Positions 8,438 to 18,470 of a stretch of DNA of 57,236 nucleotides are shown here, piece after piece. How positions within the stretch are numbered: position 1 is the stretch's first letter; every line of letters starts with the position of its first letter. The notes beneath the pieces are model-generated. The model saw only the letters and a program-made list of their open reading frames with translations, was not told the origin of the DNA and did no database searches. Source of the DNA: Candidatus Burarchaeum australiense (GTDB lineage: Archaea; Micrarchaeota; Micrarchaeia; Burarchaeales; Burarchaeaceae); contig CABMJK010000014.1 of the NCBI GenBank assembly GCA_902386535.1, positions 1 through 57,236 on the forward strand, read 5' to 3'. The translations under genes were made by a program, and so were the position numbers.

Positions 8438-9262
8438 TCATCTCAGCGCATAAGGCGCAAACAAGAGCAGCAATCCGAGCGCGAGCAGAACCGCTCCGCC
8501 GAAGAGCCTCAAAATCTTCGCGCCCTTCCGTTCTCCCGCTTCCCCTGCCAGCCGCCCTTTCCCGCGCCCGAAGCCCCGCAAACTCAGCAGCCCCGCGCCA
8601 ACCGCGGCCAGGCCAGCAATCACGGCGAGCGGATGAACGTAGCCGAGCAGCACCGTTTCCCCGGGCCAGCCGCTGAAGAGTAGCAGGCCGAGTATCGCGG
8701 CAGCCAGAACAAAAGCACCCACCATTAGCGAAATTCTCCTCCTGTCGCCCAGCACCATCGCCAGCGCCACCAAATAGGCAAGCACCCACAACGCGCTCGC
8801 GAGTGGCGGCAGCGAACCTGGCCCTGCGGAAGCCACGCCGCCCTCAGCCCTCTCGACCGCAGCCTCAATCTTCGCCGCATTCTCGGCATTGAAGCCTATG
8901 AAAACGCTCCCGCCCACGAAAGTGGTGGGCGTGTAAAGCTCATCCGCCGGCATTCCTGCCTCATTCAGCCTGGCAGCGAGCAGCACCTGCTCGTTGGGCA
9001 GCGTCAAGTCATGCATTATGATTGTAAGGTTCGGGTGCCTCTCCACCAGCCCCGCGTGGAACTGCATCTGGTCATGGCAGTGCGGGCAGGTGGGCATGTA
9101 GAAGAAGTCCATCACCACCTCGCCGGGCGTGCGGTAATACTGCTGGGGCGAGGCGGGCGCCTGTACGAACAGGAGGTATGCGCCGACAAGCAGCAGCCCC
9201 AGCACCAGATAGAGGTGGAACCTGTCCGCCAGGAAACGCTTCACGTCTTTCAAACCGGGCAT
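8438..9262 (-). CDS. Membrane-anchored thioredoxin/glutaredoxin-fold protein with C-terminal TM helices
   Basis: CPHC active site, YTPT cis-Pro loop, FIGF; several hydrophobic helices. Confidence 0.8.
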   Translation of the reverse strand: MPGLKDVKRFLADRFHLYLVLGLLLVGAYLLFVQAPASPQQYYRTPGEVVMDFFYMPTCPHCHDQMQFHAGLVERHPNLTIIMHDLTLPNEQVLLAARLNEAGMPADELYTPTTFVGGSVFIGFNAENAAKIEAAVERAEGGVASAGPGSLPPLASALWVLAYLVALAMVLGDRRRISLMVGAFVLAAAILGLLLFSGWPGETVLLGYVHPLAVIAGLAAVGAGLLSLRGFGRGKGRLAGEAGERKGAKILRLFGGAVLLALGLLLLFAPYALR

Positions 9263-9421
9263 GCATTAGCACCGCAATCACAAGTTTAAATCTTTGCGGC
9301 CAACAATTTTGCCGGGAGCGAGGCCGAGGCAAGTTCATGGTCGACGAGGAGGTAGTGTGCGTAATCGAGAAGGCACCGTGCAGCATCGGGGAAGCACCGT
9401 GCATAATCTAGGAGGCTGGCG

Positions 9422-10936
9422 ATGGTCAATGAGGAAGTGCTGCGCATAGTCGCGGAAGCTGGCATGAGGCTCAGCGCAGAAGCTGCCCAGATGCTCGACA
9501 AGATGGACGACGCCACGAGCGTCGTGCGCAAGCTCGCGGAAGGCGAGAAGGACGAGTTCATAATCACGGCTGGGCTGCTGCATAAATACGCGGAAAGGGA
9601 AAGGCCCGCCGAGGAGACGAAAATCCCCCTGCCAGTCGAGGTCTACCGCTCGCCGGACTTCAAGCCCGAGGCAGCGGAGCACGAGTCCGACCTCCTCATC
9701 GAGTCCGCCAGCGAGGTGGTCGCCGACACGCCGCGGCCCGGCACGCTCGACAATTTCGTGGAATATTTCAACGACAGGTTCAGGCGCACGCGCTCGATTT
9801 TGCACAGCCGGCCCGGCGAGAATTCCATACAGTCAATAGCCTCGGTCATGGGCATGGTGAAGGGCTCGAAGGCCCGGGTGGCCGGCATAGTGAACGGCAA
9901 GCACATAACCAAGAACGGCAACCTGCTCATAGACATCGAGGACGACACCGGGCCGGCAAAAGTCCTGGTGACCAACCGCGACTCGAACCACGCGCTCTTC
10001 GCTGACGCGAACTGCCTCGTGCTGGACGAGGTCGTGGGCTTCGACTGCTCTGTCTCTGCACCCTTCCTTTTCGCCAACACGCTGCTCTGGCCCGACGTGC
10101 CCATCCGCAACCCGAAGATGTCCGAGCGCGACCTCTCCATCGCATTTCTCTCCGACGTGCACGTGGCCAGCCGCCATTTCCTCGAACCGCAGTTCAAGTC
10201 CATGCTGCAATGGCTCAACGGCGACGGCAAGACCCCGCGCGAGCGCGAGATGGCCGGCAGGATAAAATACCTGGTGATGTCTGGCGACCTGGTGGACGGC
10301 ATCGGCATCTACCCCTCCCAGGAGCGCGAGCTCGTGGTCAAGGACATTTACGAGCAGTACCGGCTCTTCGGCAAGTTCATGGAGGACGTGCCGGACTACA
10401 TAGAAATAGTGCTGGCGCCGGGCAACCATGACGCGGTGCGCCGGGCCGAGCCGCAGCCGGCCTTCAGCGAGGACATCCAGAAGGAAATCAACGGCCCCTC
10501 GCGGGGCAACATGCACTTCACCACCTCGCCTTCCACGATGATGATAGAGGGCCTGCGCGTAATCTCCTACCACGGCACCTCGCTCGACTCGATGATAGCC
10601 TCGATGCCCGGCATGAGCTACTCGCAGCCCGAGAAGCCGATGACCGAGCTGCTCAAGCGCCGCAACCTCTCGCCCATCTACGGCGAAAACCCCATAGTGC
10701 CCGAGAAAAAGGACTTCATGGTCATAGGCGAGGTGCCCGACATCCTGGTCATGGGCCACATACACAAGAATGGCTACACGAACTACCACGGCACTTCGGT
10801 CATAAACGCGGGCACGTGGCAGGACCGCACGGACTTCCAGCGCCAACAGGGCCACATGCCGAGCCCGTGCATAATGCCAATCTTCAACACGCGCTATGCG
10901 CGCCTTGACCTGGTGAACTTCCGCGAGGGAACGTAG
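9422..10936 (+). CDS. DNA polymerase D small subunit DP1 (exonuclease)
   Basis: OB fold followed by phosphoesterase motifs SDVH, GDLVDG, GNHD, YHG, GHIH; directly upstream of DP2. Confidence 0.96.
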   Translation: MVNEEVLRIVAEAGMRLSAEAAQMLDKMDDATSVVRKLAEGEKDEFIITAGLLHKYAERERPAEETKIPLPVEVYRSPDFKPEAAEHESDLLIESASEVVADTPRPGTLDNFVEYFNDRFRRTRSILHSRPGENSIQSIASVMGMVKGSKARVAGIVNGKHITKNGNLLIDIEDDTGPAKVLVTNRDSNHALFADANCLVLDEVVGFDCSVSAPFLFANTLLWPDVPIRNPKMSERDLSIAFLSDVHVASRHFLEPQFKSMLQWLNGDGKTPREREMAGRIKYLVMSGDLVDGIGIYPSQERELVVKDIYEQYRLFGKFMEDVPDYIEIVLAPGNHDAVRRAEPQPAFSEDIQKEINGPSRGNMHFTTSPSTMMIEGLRVISYHGTSLDSMIASMPGMSYSQPEKPMTELLKRRNLSPIYGENPIVPEKKDFMVIGEVPDILVMGHIHKNGYTNYHGTSVINAGTWQDRTDFQRQQGHMPSPCIMPIFNTRYARLDLVNFREGT

Positions 10937-10945
10937 GCTGATAGC

Positions 10946-13900
10946 ATGACCAACGACATACCTGCATACCATGCGCTCCTTCAGAGCAATTTCGAGAAGG
11001 CCTACATCGAGGCCATCAAGGCGCGCACGCGCGGCCTCGACCCGAGCTCCGAGGTCGAAATCCTACCCGCGCGGGACGTGGCTGAGCGCGTGCAGGGAAT
11101 CGTCGGGCCGGCGGGCGTGGCGCTGGGCATACGCGCGCACGCCGACAAGCCGCCCGAAATGATAGCCTACGAGGTGGCGAAGGAAATCCTGGACGCGAAA
11201 TACGCGAAGACGGACGCGGAGCGCAGGCCCGAGAAGCTCATCGAGCAGTCCATACGCACCGCGGTCGCGATTCTCACCGAAGGCGTGCTGGTCGCGCCCA
11301 CGGAAGGCATCACAAAAGTAAAAATACGCGAGAACCCGGACGGCTCGAACTATCTGGCAATGTATTTCTCCGGCCCCATCAGGGCGGCAGGCGGCACGGT
11401 CGCGGCGCTCAGCGTCGTGATAGGCGACATCGCGCGCCGCAGGTTCAACATCAGCGACTTCAGGCCCACTGACAGCGAGGTCGAGCGCTACGTGGAGGAA
11501 ATAAACCTCTACGATGCGCGCGCCATCAGGCTCCAGTACATGCCGAGCGATGAGGAAATCCAGACAATAGTCCGCAACTGCCCAGTGATGATTACTGGCG
11601 ACCCAACGGAAAAAAGGCTCGAAGTAGCGGTGCACAAGGGTCTTGAGCGCATGGAGGGGGACCGCGTGCGCGGCGGCATGTGCCTCGTAATCAGCGAGAT
11701 GTGCCAGAAGGCGGCCAAGGTTATGAAGTTCACCAAGAAAATCAGCCTCGACTGGACCTGGCTCGAGCGCATAGTGAAGGTGGGCAAGCGCGATGGCAAG
11801 AGCGTCGGCCGCGGGGTCGAGGAAATTTATCTGGATGATGTGGCCGCGGGCAGGCCCATAATAGCCTACCCCTCGCGCAAGGGCGGCTTCAGACTGCGCT
11901 ACGGTCGGTGCCGCACGAGCGGCATAGCCGGCAAGGCGATTCATCCCGCGACCATGGAGCTTCTGGACGAATTCATAGTCATCGGCACGCAGATGAAGGT
12001 CGAAAGGCCCGGCAAGGGCTGCGTTGCGGCCTCCTGCGATTCCATTGACGGCCCGACGGTAAAGCTCAGCAACGGCTCGGTGCGGAAAATCTCGACCTAT
12101 GCCGAGGCACTCGCGGTCAGGAAGGACGTGGAGTCGATAATCGCGCTCGGCGACATCCTGATAGCCTACGGCGATTTCGCAAAAGCCAACCATCCGCTGC
12201 CGCCCAGCGCCTGGTGCGAGGAATGGTGGGCGCTCGAGCTAAAGGAAAAAGGCGCAACTCCGCCGGCGAAAATTCCGAACGCAGCGGACGCAATCAAGAT
12301 CAGCGAACGGCACGAAGTGCCGCTTCACCCTGCCTACACCTTCCGCTGGCACGACATAACGAGCACGCAGCTGCGCGAACTCGCGGACTGGTTCGCGGGC
12401 AGCGGAAAGCTCAAGTACGACTTCTTCACGCTCAAGGAAATGCGCGTGCAGGGCTCGCCCGCCAAGGCGGTGCTCGAGGACCTGTGCATTCCGCACGAGG
12501 TGCAGGAAGGCGACATAGTGCTGGATGCCGAAAATTCGCTCGCGGTTTTGCGGTGCATGGGCCTGCTGAAGGGCCGCTCCATCTCGCTCGAGGACTTCAA
12601 CGCGAAGTTTGACGAAAAGCTTTCGGCTCTCGAGCTGGTCAACCGCCTGGCCGGCATACAGGTGCGCGCCTACGCGCCCACCTACATCGGGGCGCGCATG
12701 GGCAGGCCCGAGAAGGCGAAGCAGCGCGAGATGAAGCCCGCGCCCCACGTGCTCTTCCCCATCGGCGACGCGGGCGGCAAGCTGCGCAGCATCTCGAAAG
12801 CCTACAGGGATGGCGAGCACGCGCGCAAGCCGAGCGTCGAGCTCATGCGCAGGAAGTGCGCCAAGTGCAACGAGATTACCTCCTATCTGACCTGCCCCAA
12901 GTGCAACTCGGAAACAATCGAAGAGCGCATCTGCCCCAAGTGCGGCAAGACCGGCACCTCCGAACTCTGCTCCTGCGGCACGACCACGACCAAGGCCGAC
13001 GAAAGGCCCATAGACGTGCGCGCACTCCTGAAGCAGGCAATAGAAAAGTGCGGCTTCGAGCCCACCGAGCTCAAGGGCGTGAAGGGCATGATGAGCGCCT
13101 CGAAAATTCCGGAGCGGCTCGAGAAGGGCATACTGCGCGCAAAGCACAAGATAAGCGTCTACAAGGATGGCACCGTGCGCTTCGACGCCACCAACATGGT
13201 GCTCACGCACTTCACCCCGCGCGAAGTCGGCACGCCCATCGAGAAGCTGAAGGAGCTAGGCTACACGCAGGATTACGAGGGCAAGCCGCTCACGGGCGAC
13301 GACCAGCTGCTCGAGCTCATGCCCCAGGATCTGCTGCTCAGCGAGAACGGCGGCGACTACCTCACGCGCGTGGCGCAGTTCATCGATGACCTCCTTTCCA
13401 AGGTCTACGATGTCGGGCCCTTCTACAAAATCTCCTCGCGCGCCGAGCTCGTCGGCCACCTGGTTGTCGGCCTCTCGCCCCACACTTCCTGCGGAGTGCT
13501 CTCGCGCATAGTCGGCTTCACGAAAGCGTTCGTGGGCTACGCGCATCCCTATCTGACGAGCGCCAGGAGGCGCAACTGCGACGGCGACGAGGACTCGTGC
13601 ATGCTCCTCCTGGACGCCCTCCTGAACTTCTCTCCCTCCTTCCTGCCCGCCTCGCGCGGCGGCACGATGGATGCGCCCATAGTCCTGACAGTTCTCCTGG
13701 ACCCGAAGGAAGTCGACGACGAGGTGCACGCCATGGAATGTGTCTCCGCCTTCTCGCTTCCCTTCTACCGCGCAACGCTCGAGAACAAGATGCCCGGCGA
13801 AGTCGAGGTTGAGCAGGTAAGGAGCAGGCTCGGCAAGCCGTCGCAATTCTACGACATCCGCTTCACCCACATGGAAAGCTCGATTCACGATGCGCCCCTG

Positions 13901-14335
13901 CGCTCGGCCTACGTTCTCATAGGCAGCATGGCCGACAAGGTGGAGGCGCAATTCAACCTGTGCGACAAGATTCGCGCCGTGGATGCGGCGGATGCGGCGA
14001 ACCGCGTGATTCTCACGCACTTCCTGCCGGACCTCTACGGCAACCTCAGCCGCTTCTCGCGCCAGGAGTTCAGGTGCGTGGAGTGCAACACGAAATACCG
14101 GCGCGTGCCGCTCTCGGGCAAGTGCACCCGCGAAGGCTGCGGCGGCAAGCTGCTGCTCACCATAAGCAAGGGCAGCGTGTCAAAATACCTGAAGCTCGCC
14201 AAGCACCTCATCGACCGCTACCATCTGCCCAACTACATGAGCCAGCGCATCCTTCTTTTGGAGCAGAGCATAGGCATGGTCTTCAGGCCAGAGGAGGAAA
14301 AGGAGAAGCAGTTCAACCTGGAAGCGTTTATGTAA
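10946..14335 (+). CDS. DNA polymerase D large subunit DP2
   Basis: GPIRAAGGT, GARMGRPEKAK, Zn fingers, catalytic RRNCDGDED, C-terminal PIP-like QFNLEAF. No intein seen. Confidence 0.97.
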   Translation: MTNDIPAYHALLQSNFEKAYIEAIKARTRGLDPSSEVEILPARDVAERVQGIVGPAGVALGIRAHADKPPEMIAYEVAKEILDAKYAKTDAERRPEKLIEQSIRTAVAILTEGVLVAPTEGITKVKIRENPDGSNYLAMYFSGPIRAAGGTVAALSVVIGDIARRRFNISDFRPTDSEVERYVEEINLYDARAIRLQYMPSDEEIQTIVRNCPVMITGDPTEKRLEVAVHKGLERMEGDRVRGGMCLVISEMCQKAAKVMKFTKKISLDWTWLERIVKVGKRDGKSVGRGVEEIYLDDVAAGRPIIAYPSRKGGFRLRYGRCRTSGIAGKAIHPATMELLDEFIVIGTQMKVERPGKGCVAASCDSIDGPTVKLSNGSVRKISTYAEALAVRKDVESIIALGDILIAYGDFAKANHPLPPSAWCEEWWALELKEKGATPPAKIPNAADAIKISERHEVPLHPAYTFRWHDITSTQLRELADWFAGSGKLKYDFFTLKEMRVQGSPAKAVLEDLCIPHEVQEGDIVLDAENSLAVLRCMGLLKGRSISLEDFNAKFDEKLSALELVNRLAGIQVRAYAPTYIGARMGRPEKAKQREMKPAPHVLFPIGDAGGKLRSISKAYRDGEHARKPSVELMRRKCAKCNEITSYLTCPKCNSETIEERICPKCGKTGTSELCSCGTTTTKADERPIDVRALLKQAIEKCGFEPTELKGVKGMMSASKIPERLEKGILRAKHKISVYKDGTVRFDATNMVLTHFTPREVGTPIEKLKELGYTQDYEGKPLTGDDQLLELMPQDLLLSENGGDYLTRVAQFIDDLLSKVYDVGPFYKISSRAELVGHLVVGLSPHTSCGVLSRIVGFTKAFVGYAHPYLTSARRRNCDGDEDSCMLLLDALLNFSPSFLPASRGGTMDAPIVLTVLLDPKEVDDEVHAMECVSAFSLPFYRATLENKMPGEVEVEQVRSRLGKPSQFYDIRFTHMESSIHDAPLRSAYVLIGSMADKVEAQFNLCDKIRAVDAADAANRVILTHFLPDLYGNLSRFSRQEFRCVECNTKYRRVPLSGKCTREGCGGKLLLTISKGSVSKYLKLAKHLIDRYHLPNYMSQRILLLEQSIGMVFRPEEEKEKQFNLEAFM

Positions 14336-14362
14336 ATTTAGCCTTTCAGTCCCCTAGTCCTC

Positions 14363-15148
14363 TCACGCACTTTTGTCAACCTTTCTTCCGAGCGCGTCCC
14401 TTGCATACATGAAAATATACTGCTGCGCATAGCCCGCGTGCCTGCCCCATCTCTTCCTCGCGTACTCGGCAATATTCTTCTCGCCCTTCACTCCATACAG
14501 TTTATGCATCGCCCTCTTCACCCACACGTCGGCGGGGAAGGCCTCGTCCTTCCCATAGGCAAACAAAAGCACGCAGTCCGCGACCTTGGGCCCCACGCCC
14601 GGCAGCCTCATGAGCTGCTCCTTGGCCTCGTCATAAGTAAGATAGTTCAGCCTGCCCAGGTGCACCTCGCCATCGCTCACCATCTTGGCGGTCTCGGTCA
14701 GATACCTTGCCCTGAAGCCGAGTGACTTCGGCAGCTCCGCGCGCGCAATTTCCTCGGGCTCCTTTATCCACCCATCCTCATTCATGAGCTTCTGCACGTC
14801 CTTCCTTATCTGGGGGATGTTCCTGTTTATCGAGCAAATGTAAGTCACGAGCGTTTCCCAGGCCTCGCTCTTGGTGAGCCTCAGCCCCGAATAGCGCCTC
14901 ACGGCCTCGGCCAGATGCCTGTCAGCTATAAGGTTCGCGTAAACCCTGCCCAAATCGTCGTCGGCCCTGAGAAGCCTGCGCGCCACCCAGCCAAAGCCCG
15001 GCGTCACCTTCACCTTGTCGCCTGCCTGCCAAATCTCGCACCGCTTGCCGTCGATGAGGCGCCAGTACTTTTCGCCCTGCTTCCTCCAGGTGAAGTGCGG
15101 AGGCTGTCCGCTCTCCATGGTCAACTTGAGGTTCACGCCGCCTTCCAT
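14363..15148 (-). CDS. ogg: 8-oxoguanine DNA glycosylase/AP lyase (HhH-GPD family)
   Basis: LTMESGQ, LPGVGPKVADCVLLF, FPADVWV, YAGYAQQY-like end. Confidence 0.9.
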   Translation of the reverse strand: MEGGVNLKLTMESGQPPHFTWRKQGEKYWRLIDGKRCEIWQAGDKVKVTPGFGWVARRLLRADDDLGRVYANLIADRHLAEAVRRYSGLRLTKSEAWETLVTYICSINRNIPQIRKDVQKLMNEDGWIKEPEEIARAELPKSLGFRARYLTETAKMVSDGEVHLGRLNYLTYDEAKEQLMRLPGVGPKVADCVLLFAYGKDEAFPADVWVKRAMHKLYGVKGEKNIAEYARKRWGRHAGYAQQYIFMYARDALGRKVDKSA

Positions 15149-15222
15149 GCGTTAATTTTGGCGCTTCAGGTATTTAAGCCGAATCCTGCGCGCCGGGCAC
15201 CGCAACTCCCCGTTCTGCCGTC

Positions 15223-16341
15223 CTACTGCTGCTGCCCAAACGGCCTGCAAGCACTGACGCTAGTCGCGCATCCCTGGCTGTTGGATTCCACGCCAAAGTC
15301 CATCTGCTCGGAAATGCACACGGCAGCGGCCTGCACCAGCGCATCCGAAGGCGCGGGGCACGAAGGCGCCTGCATGTCCTTCAGGCGGTTAAGCGCCCTT
15401 TGCTCGGGCAGCCAGCACTCGTACCTGGTCACGCATCCCTTGTCATCGTTCATGCCCTGGATTGTTCCATTCTGGCTTTCGCACGCCTGCGCATTGCTCG
15501 GCCATGGCACGTAGCTGCACTTCACCACGTCAAGGCACTGGCTGACGGACACGACGCCCGAGGCCTCGTGCGAGAACGATTTCATAGTCCAGCTCGGCCC
15601 GCCCTGCTCCTGGTCATAGCCGACCGCGACTACGAAAGGCAGCGGCATCTCGTTGCTCATCCCGGCCACGCATATGCTGTAGGTGCCGCTGTAGCCTGCA
15701 GCGCTCTTCTCAGCCAGCCTGAACTCCGTGCACGGCACGGGGTAGTTCGTCAGGGTCTTGCCCGTCTTCACAATGGAATAATTCGAAAGCGAACTCATGC
15801 TCTCCACGTTCTTCAATATCGTGGGCTCGCTCGAGTTCCACACCGCGTCTGTCACGAAGTTCTTCCCGCCAAGGTTGAAGATGTCGTTCAGCGTCAGGTA
15901 TATCTCGAAGTTCTGCGCTGTCGAGCGGAGGTCGTCGAAGGCGAGCTCGGACTCGGACTTCCACTCGCTCGCAGCGAACTCGCCGTTATCCAGATACACG
16001 GTGACCTTTGACCATGCGTTGTTTCCCTGCCCCTGCGAAATTTTTTGCACCCCGACCAGCGCATCCCTGCCATTGCAAGTCATCTTCTTCTCAAGCCACA
16101 ATGTCATGTCAACATTCCTGCCTGGCCCGCTCATGTCGGGAACCTGATAGTCCATCTTTATGGGCGAGAAAGTGACTGCCGGCGGCGTTGGCGTAGTCGT
16201 CACGGGCGGCTGGGTTACGGGCGGGGTCGCAGGTGGCGTTGTAGCGGGCGGAGTGCTCGGCTGCCCGCCTGAACAACCCAGAAGCAAAAGCGAAACTAAC
16301 AGAAGCGCAAAAATCTTCACGTAATTCGAATTCCCGTTCAT
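15223..16341 (-). CDS. Secreted lipoprotein with Pro/Thr linker and Cys-rich C terminus
   Basis: Signal peptide ending LLLGC; PPATTPPATPP linker. Confidence 0.75.
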   Translation of the reverse strand: MNGNSNYVKIFALLLVSLLLLGCSGGQPSTPPATTPPATPPVTQPPVTTTPTPPAVTFSPIKMDYQVPDMSGPGRNVDMTLWLEKKMTCNGRDALVGVQKISQGQGNNAWSKVTVYLDNGEFAASEWKSESELAFDDLRSTAQNFEIYLTLNDIFNLGGKNFVTDAVWNSSEPTILKNVESMSSLSNYSIVKTGKTLTNYPVPCTEFRLAEKSAAGYSGTYSICVAGMSNEMPLPFVVAVGYDQEQGGPSWTMKSFSHEASGVVSVSQCLDVVKCSYVPWPSNAQACESQNGTIQGMNDDKGCVTRYECWLPEQRALNRLKDMQAPSCPAPSDALVQAAAVCISEQMDFGVESNSQGCATSVSACRPFGQQQ

Positions 16342-16393
16342 GCCACCACCCCGACGACAGCGTATCGTGCGCAGGTAATAAAAAGATATGGCC

Positions 16394-16852
16394 CTACTCC
16401 GCCTCTTTTACTGTAATTACGAAAAGCCCCAGCAAAGTTGCGGCAGCGGTAATTGCGGCAGACCTCACCGCGCTCATGCCAACCTGCACGCCAATATTCT
16501 GCGCCAATTCCCACGCATTGATAAACGCCCACTCAATCGGCGTGCCGAACAGGCCAAGTGCAGAGGAGGCAAGCGCCAGCCCATAATACAGCGCAGCGGC
16601 CACGAGGCCGTAAAGCCCGCCGGCCAGCGCGCCCTTCAGGACAGTCCCGCGATATGTCGAAGCCACGCGCCATCCCACGTAGAGCGGCACGACATACCAC
16701 ACCACCCAGGCCGCAGTTTTTATCTCCCCCTCATAATTCGCAAACTGCCGCAAAAGGACGGCCATGAGGAAAATCCACGCAACCGTAAGCACCACTGGCA
16801 ACCACACTGCGCCCCAATATTCCCCAAGCGTTTTCAGCCCCTTCCCGCTCAT
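16394..16852 (-). CDS. Hypothetical multi-pass membrane protein
   Basis: About four hydrophobic segments; co-oriented with glyS. Confidence 0.7.
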   Translation of the reverse strand: MSGKGLKTLGEYWGAVWLPVVLTVAWIFLMAVLLRQFANYEGEIKTAAWVVWYVVPLYVGWRVASTYRGTVLKGALAGGLYGLVAAALYYGLALASSALGLFGTPIEWAFINAWELAQNIGVQVGMSAVRSAAITAAATLLGLFVITVKEAE

Positions 16853-16876
16853 GCAATCATCCCGCAGGCGCGCCAC

Positions 16877-18433
16877 TCACAAACTCGTCTTCGCATCCAG
16901 TATCAGCTGCCTGATCTTCTCGCCCAGCCCCTTGATGGGCACCCTTTCCTGCCTCCCGTCATTCCTATACCTGATGGTCACGCTCCCCTTTTCCATGCTC
17001 TCGTAATCGAAAGTTATGCAGTAGGGCACGCCAATCTCGTCGGCCCTCGCATACCTCTTCCCAATCGAGCCGCTCTCATCATAATAGACTGACAGCCCCT
17101 CGTGCCTGAGCTCGCGCGCAACCAATTCGGCCTTCTCTGCCAGCCCGTCCTTCTTCATGAGCGGGAAAATGCAGGCGTCGAAGGGCGCGACAATTGGCGG
17201 GAAGTCAAACCATGCCCAGTCCCTCTTCTCCGCCCCGCCGCCCTTGCGATAGCCTTGCTCCAGAATGGCCCAGAACAGCCTGTCCACTCCGAAGGAAGGC
17301 TCGACCACGTGCGGCATGATTCTTCCAACACCCTCCAAATGCACGCTCAAATCCTGCGAGCTCGCCTTCGCATGGCTGGCCAAGTCAAAGTCGGTCCTGT
17401 AAGCCAGGCCCATCAGCTCCACCACGCCATAGCCCGACTCGACCTCGACATCGAAATTGCCCTTCGAATAGTGCGGCATCTCATTCGGCAGCAGCTGCCT
17501 GAACCAGAACTTCTCGCGCTTCAGGCCCACGGCCTCATAGAACTGCGAGGTGCGGTGCATGAAATAAGCGACAATCTCGTTCGGCACAATCTTCTTCTCC
17601 ACCAGCTCGCTGCACGAAAACTCCCTTACCCCCGTCTCGCCAGAACCTACGGTTCCGGCACCTCCCTCCATTTGCTGCATCTCCGCGGTCCTCACGCGCA
17701 CCCTTTTCTCCCTCACTTCCGCGAAATGCGGGTGCTTTGCCTCTGCCGAGTTGAAGAAATACTCGAGCTCCATCTGCGTGAACTCGCGCAGCCTCATGAG
17801 CGCCTGCCTCGGCGCAATCTCATTGCGGAAGCTCTTGCCAATCTGCCCCACGCCCAGCGGCAGCTTCGCCCCGAGCGCCCTGAAGATGCGCGGGAAGTCG
17901 GTGAAAATTCCCTGCGCCGTCTCGGGCCGCAAATAGCCTTTCTCAGCCTCGCCCGCCCCGATGCTGGTCTGGAACATCAGATTGAACCACACGACCTCTC
18001 CGTACTGTCCGCCGCACTTCCCGCACTTAATCCCTTTCTCCTTTATGAGCGCATCCATCTCGGCAGGCTTCATGCCCTCCGCCTTCTGCTTCGTCACTTC
18101 CTCAATCAGCTTGTCAGCCCGCACCCTAGTCTTGCACTTCCTGCACTGCACCATGGCATCGCCGAAATTGTCGACATGCCCGCTGGCCTTGAGCACTGGC
18201 TCGGGCAGCACGCTCGCGCTCTCAATCTCGTAGAACCCTTCGCGCCAAAGGAAAAGCTCGCGCCACGCATTCTCAATCTTCCTCTTCATCGCGGCCCCGA
18301 CCACGCCGTAGTCATAGAAGCCCGCCGTGTGCCCGTATATCTCGTTCGAGGGCATGAGGAAATTCCTTTTGAGCGCGATTTCCATGAGCTCTTCTTGCAC
18401 TTCAACAACCTCGTTCTCCCTATTGCCCGCCAT
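16877..18433 (-). CDS. glyS: Glycine--tRNA ligase (archaeal/eukaryotic alpha2 type)
   Basis: YLRPETAQGIF, GKSFRNEI, REFTQMELE, VEPSFGVDR, SIGKRYARADEIG. Confidence 0.97.
   Translation of the reverse strand: MAGNRENEVVEVQEELMEIALKRNFLMPSNEIYGHTAGFYDYGVVGAAMKRKIENAWRELFLWREGFYEIESASVLPEPVLKASGHVDNFGDAMVQCRKCKTRVRADKLIEEVTKQKAEGMKPAEMDALIKEKGIKCGKCGGQYGEVVWFNLMFQTSIGAGEAEKGYLRPETAQGIFTDFPRIFRALGAKLPLGVGQIGKSFRNEIAPRQALMRLREFTQMELEYFFNSAEAKHPHFAEVREKRVRVRTAEMQQMEGGAGTVGSGETGVREFSCSELVEKKIVPNEIVAYFMHRTSQFYEAVGLKREKFWFRQLLPNEMPHYSKGNFDVEVESGYGVVELMGLAYRTDFDLASHAKASSQDLSVHLEGVGRIMPHVVEPSFGVDRLFWAILEQGYRKGGGAEKRDWAWFDFPPIVAPFDACIFPLMKKDGLAEKAELVARELRHEGLSVYYDESGSIGKRYARADEIGVPYCITFDYESMEKGSVTIRYRNDGRQERVPIKGLGEKIRQLILDAKTSL
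17639..17669 (-). repeat. Family B palindromic element, in frame inside glyS
   Basis: Minus strand GGAGGGAGGT-GCCGGAACC-GTA-GGTTCTGGC, encoding EGGAGTVGSG within a Gly-rich stretch. Confidence 0.75.
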
Positions 18434-18470
18434 AAATTAAAAAGCATTCGAGGCGCACCCGGCTGGCAGC

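Noticed and set aside
10946..14335. Inteins in DP2 or the RNA polymerase subunits
   Set aside because: Normal lengths, contiguous conserved motifs, and no intein splice-junction blocks.
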